Below are positions 19,794 to 28,404 of a stretch of DNA of 64,000 bases, one piece after another (position 1 is the first letter of the stretch; each line of letters opens with the position of its first letter). The stretch is from Halobium salinum (GTDB lineage: Archaea > Halobacteriota > Halobacteria > Halobacteriales > Haloferacaceae). The stretch covers positions 93,332 through 157,331 of the forward strand of contig NZ_JAODIW010000008.1 in NCBI RefSeq assembly GCF_026586625.1, written 5' to 3'. The notes under the pieces were generated by a model. It ran no database searches, was not told the origin of the DNA, and saw only the letters and a program-made list of their open reading frames with translations. The translations under genes were made by a program, and so were the position numbers.

Positions 19794-21047
19794 TCAGTCG
19801 GTCCGGAACGTCATCCGGTCGCGAACCTCCCGCGCCCGAGCGAGCAGGTCGTCGCGGGCGCTCTCGTCCTCCGGGTCGGCGTCGGCCGTCGCCGTGATGT
19901 GGCCCATCTTCCGGAGCGGGCGGGCCTCGCGCTTGCCGTACCAGTGGAGGCTGACGTTCTCGGCGGCGAGCGCGGCGTCGACACCCCGGAGTTCCGCCGT
20001 TGTGGGCTCCTCCACGTCGCCGAGGATGTTCGCCGAGACCGTCGGGGCACGCAGGGCGGTCGACCCGAGCGGCCAGCCGAGCACCGCGCGGACGTGCTGT
20101 TCGAACTGGGAGGTTCGGGCGCCCTCGATGGTCCAGTGCCCGGAGTTGTGCGGGCGCGGGGCGATTTCGTTGACCAGAATCTCGCCGTCGCTGTCTCGCG
20201 GGCCTCGCCCGCTCGACGTTCCCGAGCCGCGTTGTGGCTCGCACTCGAACAGTTCGATGCCGAACACCCCCCGACCGTCGAGCACGGCGAGCACGTCCTC
20301 GGCGACTTCGTGGGCGCGCTCTGCGACCGCGTCGCTCGTCCGGGCGGGGGCCACGGTCTCGCGCAGAATCTCCGCCTCGTGCACGTTCTCCCCGAGCGGG
20401 AACTGTCGGGTCCCGTTCTCGCCGCGGACGCCGACCACCGACACCTCGCGTTCGAAGTCGATCAGTTCCTCGGCGACCGCGGGGGCGTTTCCGATGTCGG
20501 CGAGCGCGGCCTCCGGGTCGTCGCCGGGCTCGACCGGAACGTTCCCCCGACCGTCGTAGCCGCCGGTGCGGGCCTTGAGCATGACGCCGCCGGACGGCGC
20601 GAACGCCTCGAGCGCCTCCCGGAGGTCGTCGGCGTCGTCGACGCGGCGGTAGCGGGGGACGGGCACGCCCGCCTCGTCGAGCGTCTGTTTCTCGAGGAGC
20701 TTGTCGCCGGTCGTCCGGAGCGCCTCGGGAGAGGGGTGGACCGGGACGTCGTACTCCTCGCGCACGCTCGCGAGCAGGTCGGGGTCCGCGAGCTCGATTT
20801 CGAACGTCAGGGCGTCGACGCGCTCGGCCAGCGACCGGACGGCGTCCGCGTCGTCGAACGCCCCGGCGACGGCGTCGGCGACCCGTCCCGCCGGCGGCTC
20901 CGGCGTCGGGTCCAGCACGACCACGTCGACTCCGAGCGGCGACGCCGCCTCGGCGAGCATCCGCCCGAGCTGGCCGCCGCCGACCACGCCGAGGGTCGGA
21001 CCGGGTACGGATATCGTCACGCGCGACGGTACCGGACGAACCTGCAT
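19794..21047 (-). CDS. purK: N5-carboxyaminoimidazole ribonucleotide synthase (ATP-grasp)
   Basis: …TLGVVGGGQLGRMLAEAA… at the N-terminus and ATP-grasp motifs (…ELIDFEREVSVVGVRGENG…). Internal ATG at 21045-21047 chosen because the upstream roughly 100 aa of the long ORF is Arg/Ser-rich and overlaps the tandem-repeat region. Confidence 0.8.
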   Translation of the reverse strand: MQVRPVPSRVTISVPGPTLGVVGGGQLGRMLAEAASPLGVDVVVLDPTPEPPAGRVADAVAGAFDDADAVRSLAERVDALTFEIELADPDLLASVREEYDVPVHPSPEALRTTGDKLLEKQTLDEAGVPVPRYRRVDDADDLREALEAFAPSGGVMLKARTGGYDGRGNVPVEPGDDPEAALADIGNAPAVAEELIDFEREVSVVGVRGENGTRQFPLGENVHEAEILRETVAPARTSDAVAERAHEVAEDVLAVLDGRGVFGIELFECEPQRGSGTSSGRGPRDSDGEILVNEIAPRPHNSGHWTIEGARTSQFEQHVRAVLGWPLGSTALRAPTVSANILGDVEEPTTAELRGVDAALAAENVSLHWYGKREARPLRKMGHITATADADPEDESARDDLLARAREVRDRMTFRTD

Positions 21048-21120
21048 AAGAGTTGCCGTCGGCGACCACTCGATATGCACGTCAATGCATACACTGCAGC
21101 CTGAAGCAGCGACGGCTCTG

Positions 21121-21300
21121 ACGGAACCGAACCGGTTCCGAGTGGACTCCGGACCGGCCCCGACCAGAACCGACACCGACTCCGGCTCCGAATCGGCTTC
21201 GGGCCGGCTCCGAACCAACTCCGAATCGGCTTCGGGCCGGCTCCGAACCAACTCCGAATCGACTTCGGACCGACTCCGACCGACTTCGGACCGACTACGC
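21121..21300. repeat. Intergenic tandem repeat (about 33-36 nt unit ccgaatcggcttcgggccggctccgaaccaact, about 3 copies) rich in small hairpins
   Basis: Two perfect unit copies at about 21186-21251 then diverged copies through about 21300, plus the palindrome GGAACCGaACCGGTTCC at 21122-21139. Each unit contains CCGAA-tcggc-TTCGG. Confidence 0.6.
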
Positions 21301-23340
21301 CGACGCCGCCCGCCGCGCCGCGACCGCCGAGGGCCGAACGACGTCGGCCGCTCCGGGAGCGGTAGCCACACTCCCGGGAGCGCCGATTACACCCCCGGAG
21401 ATGGACTGGCGGCCGTCGTCGGGAGCGTCGCGGTCGGTCCGCGTCGACGCCCGCAACGCGGACCGGTCGACGAAGATTACGACGTGCTCCCCCCAGAGCT
21501 TGAACCGGTGTTCACGCTTCTCGTACCCCGGGAGGTGCGGTTCGATATCCGACGCGTTCCACCGGTAGGCGACCACGACCGGCGGGGCGTCGTCGAGCAC
21601 CGCCGCGGTCGAGGCGTTCGGGTGCGAACTCGTCACGTTCGCGCCGTAGGATTCGAAGTACCACGGGATCGGGAGCCGGCTGTGCCAGGCGGGACCGCCG
21701 GGTGGCATCCGCTGGAGGCTGGATTCGTCTTTCACGTAGAACAGCGCGTCACTCATGTCGGACCGGTCGCAGGCTCCACCCGCGGGGTTGCAGGTGCCGA
21801 AGAACAGCACGTCCTCGCCCGGGTTGGTCCGGGAGACGCGCTCGACGTCCGCCAGCGTCTCCTTCAGGTCGTTCTCGGGCTGGGCCCACTGGAGTAGCTC
21901 CTTCTGGTCCTCGCTCGCGGCGTTCACGTAGGTCGCGTTGGCGCCGACGACCCCGACCATCGCGGCGAGAACGACGAGTGCGGCGATACCGGTGCCGACC
22001 GCGTCGTCGACGGAGAGCGAACGCCGGGCGACCCGGTAGACGTACCCGCCGCCGACGCCCGCCGGGATGGCGAAGGCGACGACGACGTGCACCGCGGCCC
22101 ACGGCGCCTGGATGTCGGTCGCGATGGGGTAGCCGACGAGCGAGGCGACGCCCCAGTACATCGAGAACGCGACGAGGTCGCGCGGGCGGTCCTCGCCGTA
22201 CCCGTCGGCGACGAACCCGATGAGCGCGAACACCAGCAGGACGCCGGAGCCGTACACGAGCGTCTCGACCAGGTCCTTCGCGTAGGGCGCGTAGTCGTGG
22301 CTCTGGTGGGTCCCGGACGCCCACGTCGAGTAGAACTTCTCCCACGAGCCGACGGTCGCCGTCTCGAACACCCCGGGCAACTGCGTGGGGTTCGCGAGCG
22401 CCGTCCACAGCTCCGGGCGCGGGGCGTAGAAGAAGACAGTGACCGCGAGGAACGCGAGCACGGCCCCGACGGAGTAGACGCCGACGAGGCCGACGCCCGT
22501 CCACAGGTCGCCGGCCCACGCCGACAGCCGGCGCCTCGTCCGCCGGAGTTCGCCCGCGAGGACGGCCCTGACGTTCAGGAGCGGCTCCGTCTCGGATTCG
22601 GCCTCCCCACCCCAGTCCGCGTCCGCGCTCGGGCCGGCGTCCTCGCCTCCGTCCGGAACCGACGGCGGGGTCGATTCGGCAGCGTGGGTCGGGGACCGAC
22701 GTGACTCCGACGCCGACCTCGCCTCGCGCGTGCGTCGGACGAGGTAGTGGTCGAAGAGGAGGACGCCCGCGCCGGCGAAACAGGCCAAGTAGAGCAGGCC
22801 GTTCTCCTTCGCCGCGAGGCCGGTCGCGAAGGCGGCGCCCGCCGGGACGAAGTAGGCGGGGTTGCGCCGGTCGATGCCGCGGACGACGAAGCCGAGCGCG
22901 AACACGGAGAACACGGCGACGATGACGTCGCTGCGCATGAACCGCGAGTAGTAGACGAGCAGGGGGTCGGCGGCGAGAAACAGCGAGAGCGCGACCGTCT
23001 CGGCATTTCTGAGCCGGTCACGGAAGAGGAGGGCGGCGAGGGGGAACAGCCCACCGACGACCGCGACGACGAGGCGGGCGCTGAAGTCGGTCGGCGGGAG
23101 GACCGTGAACACGTAGTCGTTGACGACCGGGAGGAAGGGTCCGTGGATGATGGGTCGGTAGAAGAACTCCCCGTTCTCGTGGTACCGGAGAATCCAGTAG
23201 CCGACCCGACCTTCGTCCCAGTGCATGACTCGCGCGCCGAGGCCGACGAGGCGGACGGCGAGGGCGAGTGCGGCCACCGCGAGCACCCCGAGTGCGGTCG
23301 CATCGAGGCCGCCGCGGGAGCCGACTCCGTCGGTTCGCAT
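21295..23340 (-). CDS. Multi-pass membrane glycosyltransferase, GT-C fold (PMT_2/ArnT-like; TIGR03663/Agl23- or AglS-type)
   Basis: ATG at 23338-23340 (MRTDGVGSRGGLDATALGVLAVAALALAV…). First-loop HWDEGRVGY matches the GT-C DE-type motif. At least 10 TM segments and a large C-terminal soluble domain. The upstream 290 aa of the 973 aa ORF is Arg-rich junk. Confidence 0.55.
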   Translation of the reverse strand: MRTDGVGSRGGLDATALGVLAVAALALAVRLVGLGARVMHWDEGRVGYWILRYHENGEFFYRPIIHGPFLPVVNDYVFTVLPPTDFSARLVVAVVGGLFPLAALLFRDRLRNAETVALSLFLAADPLLVYYSRFMRSDVIVAVFSVFALGFVVRGIDRRNPAYFVPAGAAFATGLAAKENGLLYLACFAGAGVLLFDHYLVRRTREARSASESRRSPTHAAESTPPSVPDGGEDAGPSADADWGGEAESETEPLLNVRAVLAGELRRTRRRLSAWAGDLWTGVGLVGVYSVGAVLAFLAVTVFFYAPRPELWTALANPTQLPGVFETATVGSWEKFYSTWASGTHQSHDYAPYAKDLVETLVYGSGVLLVFALIGFVADGYGEDRPRDLVAFSMYWGVASLVGYPIATDIQAPWAAVHVVVAFAIPAGVGGGYVYRVARRSLSVDDAVGTGIAALVVLAAMVGVVGANATYVNAASEDQKELLQWAQPENDLKETLADVERVSRTNPGEDVLFFGTCNPAGGACDRSDMSDALFYVKDESSLQRMPPGGPAWHSRLPIPWYFESYGANVTSSHPNASTAAVLDDAPPVVVAYRWNASDIEPHLPGYEKREHRFKLWGEHVVIFVDRSALRASTRTDRDAPDDGRQSISGGVIGAPGSVATAPGAADVVRPSAVAARRAASA

Positions 23341-23504
23341 ACCCGGTACCTCCGGACCGACGACTACAACTCTTGTGCTCTGCGTCGGCGAGAGCGGACG
23401 GGGATGCGCCTCCGACACCGTCGCGTCGCGCAGACCGCCGTAGCGGCCTCGGACGGCGCTTAGCCGGTGCATAGTAAACCCCGACGCGCCGGAACCGTCG
23501 GTGC

Positions 23505-24143
23505 ATGCGAAGACGCCGCCTCCTCGGAGCCCTCGGCGCACTCGTCGGACTGGCCGGCTGTGGTGCCGGTACCGACGGTGGGTCGACGGTCCACACCGTC
23601 GGCCCGAACGCGACGAGCGACACCGACGAGGGCGCCGCCGACGCCGGCGCCGAAGGGACGACTGCGGACACGACCGCCACCGCGACCGGGACGGACGGGT
23701 CGAGTGGGACAGACGAGACGAGTGGGACGGGCGAATCGAGCGGGACGAACGGGACCGGCGGCGCGGGCACGGGTGACGGGTCGGCTTCCGACGGCGCCGC
23801 TGGTGCGAGCGGGAACGGAACGGGGAACGGAACGGGCGGAGGCGGACCCGACGAGAGCGGCGGCGGCCCCGGGAACGGCTCGGGGAGCGGTGCAGGCGGG
23901 GGCCCGAACGGCACCGGTGCCGGAGGCGGTACCCGGACCGGGGCGAACGGGACCGGCGCCGCCGACGGTGGTGGGACGAACAACGGGACGACGGGCGACC
24001 GGGCGCTCGGCAACGGGACGAGCGACGGAACAGTCGGCAACGGAACGGCCGGTAACGGAACTGGGGGCACCGCCGGAGGGAACGGGACCGGGGACCGGAG
24101 CGAAGACGACACCGGGAACGGCTCGAGCGGCGGCGCGTTCTAG
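23505..24143 (+). CDS. Tat-secreted lipoprotein, G/T/N/D-rich low complexity with about 15 N-x-T/S sequons
   Basis: Twin-arginine plus lipobox: MRRRRLLGALGALVGLAGC. The remainder is ...NGTGGAGTGDGS…NGTGNGTGGGG…NGSGSG…NGTGAGGG…NGTGAADGGGTNNGTTGD…NGTSDGTVGNGTAGNGTGGTAGGNGTGD…NGSSGG. Confidence 0.6.
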   Translation: MRRRRLLGALGALVGLAGCGAGTDGGSTVHTVGPNATSDTDEGAADAGAEGTTADTTATATGTDGSSGTDETSGTGESSGTNGTGGAGTGDGSASDGAAGASGNGTGNGTGGGGPDESGGGPGNGSGSGAGGGPNGTGAGGGTRTGANGTGAADGGGTNNGTTGDRALGNGTSDGTVGNGTAGNGTGGTAGGNGTGDRSEDDTGNGSSGGAF

Positions 24144-24252
24144 TCGGCCGCGGTCGGGGACGGTGTGGGATTCGCCAACAGACATATGCCGACCCCCGCC
24201 GTACCGTAGGTTGCAACCTGAGACGTACGCTTCGTCTACGATGGAGCGGTCG

Positions 24253-24395
24253 TCGGGTTGCGGCATTCCGGCACTCGCCCCCCGGCGGGTGTTTTCGAGC
24301 GCGTCACACCCCTCAGATACGTATATATCGATGCCCTTCGTAGAGGACGCCGTCTGCTCAGTCACTGGGCAGACATCGGAATGCCGCAACCCTTC
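24253..24395. repeat. Perfect 16-bp inverted repeat (GGGTTGCGGCATTCCG / CGGAATGCCGCAACCC) flanking a roughly 105 bp core containing a TATATAT tract and an internal hairpin
   Basis: Read directly from the sequence: the left arm is at 24255-24270 and the right arm at 24376-24391. Inside is GTCTGCTCAG-tca-CTGGGCAGAC. Beyond the arms lie direct-repeat-like gggtgttttcgagcg and ggggttttcccgagcg. It sits in a 476-bp intergenic region. Confidence 0.45.
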
Positions 24396-24619
24396 GCGGG
24401 GTTTTCCCGAGCGGGGCGGCTTCCGCGGAATGTAGGCAGTTACCGTCCGCCACGCGGGTGGTATCGCGCCTGCACTCTGTCACGGACTCCGAGCCCGTGC
24501 GAACGCACGTCTCGTACGCCTCGAGCGATGCGACTGGTCGGTGGATTACTGAGGACTCCCGGACGGTTTCCCGACGACCACCGGAACCGATTCCCACCCC
24601 GGCCCCGACTGACGGCACG

Positions 24620-24907
24620 ATGAGTGACCACGACGAGCACGGCACCGGCGAGGACTCGACGGACGTGGACGCTGAAGCGCGCGACCAGGCCGGCGACCTC
24701 GAGTCGGTCGCGCTGCCCATCACGGTGTCTGTCGACGTCGCCGAGACCATCCTCGAAGAGCTCGAAGCCGGCCGGTCCGTCGAGGCGGAGCTGGACCCGG
24801 AGCTGATGCCGCAGCTCGCGGAGCGAATCCGGTGGCAACTGGCGCACGGCCGACGAATCACGGAGCTCGTGGCCGAGTACGACGACGAGCGCGAATCGGA
24901 GGAGTAG
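24620..24907 (+). CDS. Small acidic hypothetical protein (95 aa)
   Basis: ATG at 24620 (MSDHDEHGTGEDSTDVDAEARDQAGDLESVALPITVSVDVAETILEELEAGRSVEAELDPELMPQLAERIRWQLAHGRRITELVAEYDDERESEE). The antisense 301 aa ORF is Ser-rich and was rejected. Confidence 0.4.
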   Translation: MSDHDEHGTGEDSTDVDAEARDQAGDLESVALPITVSVDVAETILEELEAGRSVEAELDPELMPQLAERIRWQLAHGRRITELVAEYDDERESEE

Positions 24908-25038
24908 GTCGCGAGCGGGTCGGCCCCGGCGGACGGCGAGGGCGAGCCGACCACGCCGGGTCGGCGACCTGTCGCCGACCCGGCATCCGGATTACGGGTA
25001 TGGAACCTTTCTTTTAGCGGGACCGTGAACCGACGCGC

Positions 25039-25443
25039 ATGGTCGCACTCGGACTGGTGGTCGCGCGCTTCAACGCGTCGGTCACCGAAGAGATGGAAGC
25101 ATCGGCTCGCGACGCCGCTCAGGACCGCGGCGCCGACGTGGTCGAGACGGTACACGTCCCGGGCGCGTACGACGCCCCGCTCGCCGCGGACCGCCTCGCC
25201 CGCCGCGACGACGTCGACGCCGTCGCCGTCGTCGGCGCCATCGTCACCGGCGATACGAACCACGACGAGGTCATCGGACAGGCCGCCGCCGACGCGCTCA
25301 CGCGAGTGAGCCTCGACCGCGACAAACCGGTCACCTTCGGCGTGAGCGGTCCCGGTCAGAGCGGCGCTGAGGCCCGGGATCGCGTCGGGAAGGGCGCCGA
25401 AGCGGTGGACGCCGCCGCCGACCTCACGGAGGCCCTGCCATGA
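25039..25443 (+). CDS. ribH: 6,7-dimethyl-8-ribityllumazine synthase
   Basis: 134 aa. MVALGLVVARFN…VVETVHVPGAYDAPLAA… matches the archaeal lumazine synthase pattern. Confidence 0.85.
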   Translation: MVALGLVVARFNASVTEEMEASARDAAQDRGADVVETVHVPGAYDAPLAADRLARRDDVDAVAVVGAIVTGDTNHDEVIGQAAADALTRVSLDRDKPVTFGVSGPGQSGAEARDRVGKGAEAVDAAADLTEALP

Positions 25444-26594
25444 GCTTCGAGTTCGACTTCGCCGAGCGCGTCGAGCGCGTCGAGCCGAGCGCGACGCTCG
25501 CCATCAGCAACGCCGCGAACGAACTCCGGGCGCAGGGTGAGGACGTCGTCGACCTCTCGGTCGGCGCCCCCGACTTCCCCACCCCGGAGAACGTCACGCA
25601 GGCCGGCAAGGACGCCATGGACGCCGGCCACACCGGCTACACCTCCTCGAACGGCGTCCCCGAACTGAAGGAGGCCATCGCCGAGAAACTGCAGGGTGAC
25701 GGCGTCGACGCCGCGCCCGGCGAGGTCATCGTCACGCCCGGCGCGAAGCAGGCGCTGTACGAGACGGTCCAGACCCTCGTCGACGACGGGGACGAGGTCG
25801 TCCTGTTCGATCCAGCGTGGGTCTCCTACGAGGCGATGGTCAAGCTCGCCGGCGGGTCGCTGAACCGCGTCGACACCGCGCCGTACGACTTCCAGCTCGA
25901 ACCCGCCCTCGACGACTTCGCGGAGGCCGTCTCCGACGACACCGAACTCGTCGTCGTCAACTCCCCGTCGAACCCGACGGGCGCGGTGTACTCCGACGCG
26001 GCCCTCGAAGGCGTGGCCGACCTCGCCGTCGACCACGACTTCGCCGTCATCTCCGACGAGATATACGAGAAAATCACCTACGGCGTCGAGCCGACCAGCC
26101 TCGCGACGTTCGACGGGATGAGAGAGCGGACGGTGACCATCAACGGGTTCTCGAAGGCGTACTCGATGACGGGGTGGCGCCTCGGCTACCTCCACGCGCC
26201 GGAGGAGCTGATTTCGCAGGCCGGTAAGCTCCACTCGCACTCGGTGTCGTGTGCGACGAACTTCGTCCAGCGCGCGGGCATCGAGGCGCTCCGCAACACC
26301 GACGACGCCGTCGAGGAGATGGTCGGCGCCTTCGAGGAGCGCCGGGACCTGCTCGTCGACCGTTTCGGCGACCTCGGCGTCGACGTGGCCGTCCCCGACG
26401 GCGCGTTCTACATGATGCTCCCGGTCGACGAGGACGACTCGGCGTGGTGTGAGGAGGTCATCGAGGAGGCCCACGTCGCCACGGTTCCGGGGAGCGCGTT
26501 CGGCTCTCCCGGCTACGCGCGCATCTCCTACGCCGCGAGCACCGAACGGCTGAACGAGGCCGTCGACCGCCTCGACGCGGGCGGCTTCTTCTGA
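25440..26594 (+). CDS. Pyridoxal-phosphate-dependent aminotransferase class I/II (aspartate aminotransferase-like)
   Basis: …VVNSPSNPTGAVYS… and …NGFSKAYSMTGWRLGY… (PLP lysine motif SKxxxxTGxR). ATGA overlap with ribH. Confidence 0.85.
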   Translation: MSFEFDFAERVERVEPSATLAISNAANELRAQGEDVVDLSVGAPDFPTPENVTQAGKDAMDAGHTGYTSSNGVPELKEAIAEKLQGDGVDAAPGEVIVTPGAKQALYETVQTLVDDGDEVVLFDPAWVSYEAMVKLAGGSLNRVDTAPYDFQLEPALDDFAEAVSDDTELVVVNSPSNPTGAVYSDAALEGVADLAVDHDFAVISDEIYEKITYGVEPTSLATFDGMRERTVTINGFSKAYSMTGWRLGYLHAPEELISQAGKLHSHSVSCATNFVQRAGIEALRNTDDAVEEMVGAFEERRDLLVDRFGDLGVDVAVPDGAFYMMLPVDEDDSAWCEEVIEEAHVATVPGSAFGSPGYARISYAASTERLNEAVDRLDAGGFF

Positions 26595-26618
26595 GCCGGT
26601 AGCTCCCCGTTTTCGACG

Positions 26619-26956
26619 TCAGCGACCGACCGAGCCGTCGCCGCCGTCGTCGCTCTCGACGGTGGTGTCGCTACCATCGGCACCGACGTCGGCCGTCCGG
26701 TCGCCGCCGAGGTCGGTCGTCCGGTCGCTGCCGAGACCGCTACCGTCTCGCCGCCCGACACGGGAGGCGAGCCCGTCGGCCCGCTCGCGCACGCCCCAGG
26801 ACTCCGAGCCGAGGTCGTCGCGACCCCAGTAGCGGTAGCAGGCGTAGACGAGCAGCGGGATGCCGACGAACTGCGTGACCAGCGGAATCGGGACGAAGAG
26901 GACGAGCACGCCGAGCGCTCCGACGGCGAACGTCAGCTTGTCGGGTCGGTGTATCA
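26619..26956 (-). CDS. Small hypothetical membrane protein with G/D/S-rich C-tail
   Basis: Possible GTG start (VIHRPDKLTFAVGALGVLVLFVPIPLVTQFVGIPLLVYACYRYW…). The upstream part of the ORF is Arg-rich junk. Confidence 0.3.
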
Positions 26957-27046
26957 CGTCGACATCGAGACGGGCCGAACGGGTAAACGACGTGGCGGAG
27001 TTCGAAACGCGGGGGTCGGGGAGCCGAGAGTAGCGGGCCGACCGAC

Positions 27047-27421
27047 TCAGCCCAGCGCCTGTACGACCCACAGCGCGACCATCCCGACGCCGATGGTCGC
27101 GAGCACGTTCTCCGTGCGCCACGCGACCAGCGCCGCGACCGCGCCGGCGACGAGCTTCGGCGTCTCGAAGTCGAGTCCGAGGCCGAGGCGGGACACCGCC
27201 ACCGGCGCCGAGGCCGGGTCGGCCGACAGAGCGAGAAACGCGGGGGCGACGAGCGCCGCGAGCACCGCGGCGGGGACGAACCTGAGGAGGCCGACGACGC
27301 GGTCGGGCACCTCGTCGACCCGGCCGAACAGGAGGACGAACGACAGCCGGAGGGCGAACGTCCCGAGGCCGGCGGCGAGGACGACGAGCCAGATTTCGCC
27401 TGCGGTGTAGGAGGTGCTCAC
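27047..27421 (-). CDS. azlD: Branched-chain amino acid exporter small subunit
   Basis: 124 aa with four TM segments, of typical AzlD size and composition. Overlaps upstream azlC by 4 nt. Confidence 0.65.
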   Translation of the reverse strand: MSTSYTAGEIWLVVLAAGLGTFALRLSFVLLFGRVDEVPDRVVGLLRFVPAAVLAALVAPAFLALSADPASAPVAVSRLGLGLDFETPKLVAGAVAALVAWRTENVLATIGVGMVALWVVQALG

Positions 27422-28200
27422 CGGCTCTCACCGCCGTTCGTGTGCTCGGCGGCGCCGCCGTCCGTTTCGGGCCGGTCCTCGACGGCCGACCCGCCCTCGA
27501 CCGTGGGGAACGTCCCCCGCCGGAGTTCGAGGGCCGCCCCGGCGACGACGCCGACCAGCGCGCCGGCGACGAGCCCGAAGTTGAACGGGAGCGGCGCGGC
27601 GACGACCCCCACGAGCGCGCCGACGACGGCGGCGACGGCGGTCGCTCGGTCGTCGAGCGCGTGAAAGAGGAGCGCCATGAACGTCAGCGGCACCGCGAAC
27701 TCGAGCGAGAGCCCGTCGGGGACGCGGGCGCCGAGGAGGGCGCCGAGGACGGTCGTGACCTGCCAGACGACCCAGAGGGTCGCCGCGGCGCCGAAGTAGT
27801 ACCACCAGCGACTCCGGGTCTCGGGGGTCGTCTCGCCGTACTCGGTGACGGAGAGCGCGTACGCATGGTCGGTGAGGACGTACGCCGCGAGCCACTTCGC
27901 CCCCGCCGAGAAACGACGGAAGTGCGGGGCGATGGAGGCGCTGTACATCACCAGCCGGAGGTTGATGACGAGCGCCGTCGCGACCGCGACGACGACGGGC
28001 GCGTCCCGTGAGACGAGGTCGATGGCGGCGAGTTGGGAGGCGCCGGCGAAGACGACGACCGACATGGCGACCGTCTGTACGACGGAGAGTCCGGCGTTCA
28101 CCCCGGCCGCGCCGGCGACGAGCCCGAACGGAGCGATTCCGAGGAGGATGGGGGCGACCGCCCGCGCGCCGGCGAGAAAATCGTCGCGGCCGTCGCTCAC
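27418..28200 (-). CDS. azlC: Branched-chain amino acid exporter permease (AzlC family)
   Basis: …LLGIAPFGLVAGAAGVNAGLSVVQTVAMSVVVFAGASQLAAIDL… is the AzlC signature. A GTG start near 28200 is assumed because no ATG precedes the conserved region. The N-terminal roughly 150 aa of the ORF is Arg-rich junk. Confidence 0.6.
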   Translation of the reverse strand: MSDGRDDFLAGARAVAPILLGIAPFGLVAGAAGVNAGLSVVQTVAMSVVVFAGASQLAAIDLVSRDAPVVVAVATALVINLRLVMYSASIAPHFRRFSAGAKWLAAYVLTDHAYALSVTEYGETTPETRSRWWYYFGAAATLWVVWQVTTVLGALLGARVPDGLSLEFAVPLTFMALLFHALDDRATAVAAVVGALVGVVAAPLPFNFGLVAGALVGVVAGAALELRRGTFPTVEGGSAVEDRPETDGGAAEHTNGGESR

Positions 28201-28404
28201 CGGCTCCTCCCCGGTGCTCTCTCGCGGCTCCGCCTTCCGCACGTGACCCGTCGTCTGAACACGGCGGTTGTTGGTCGACGCCCGCCATGAACGCCTCGGA
28301 GTCGGCTGGACTCGCCACGTCGCTCCCGAGCCACCCCATGAGATATTTACTCGCACAGGCGTAGCACCGCCGGGCTTTTTGAATCGGTGCGCGTACCGCC
28401 CGAC

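Noticed and set aside
21121-21300. CRISPR array or IS terminal repeats.
   Set aside because: The units are directly tandem without unique spacers. There is no transposase. It is better explained as a hairpin-forming tandem repeat.
21048-21371. N-terminal 108 codons of the 525-aa purK ORF.
   Set aside because: They are Arg/Ser-rich and span the tandem-repeat DNA. The canonical PurK N-terminus (TLGVVGGGQLGRM) starts right after the internal ATG at 21047.
24358-25263. A 301-aa minus-strand ORF antisense to the small acidic protein gene.
   Set aside because: The composition is Ser/Arg-rich with no motifs. The plus-strand ORF has an acidic haloarchaeal composition and a clean ATG.
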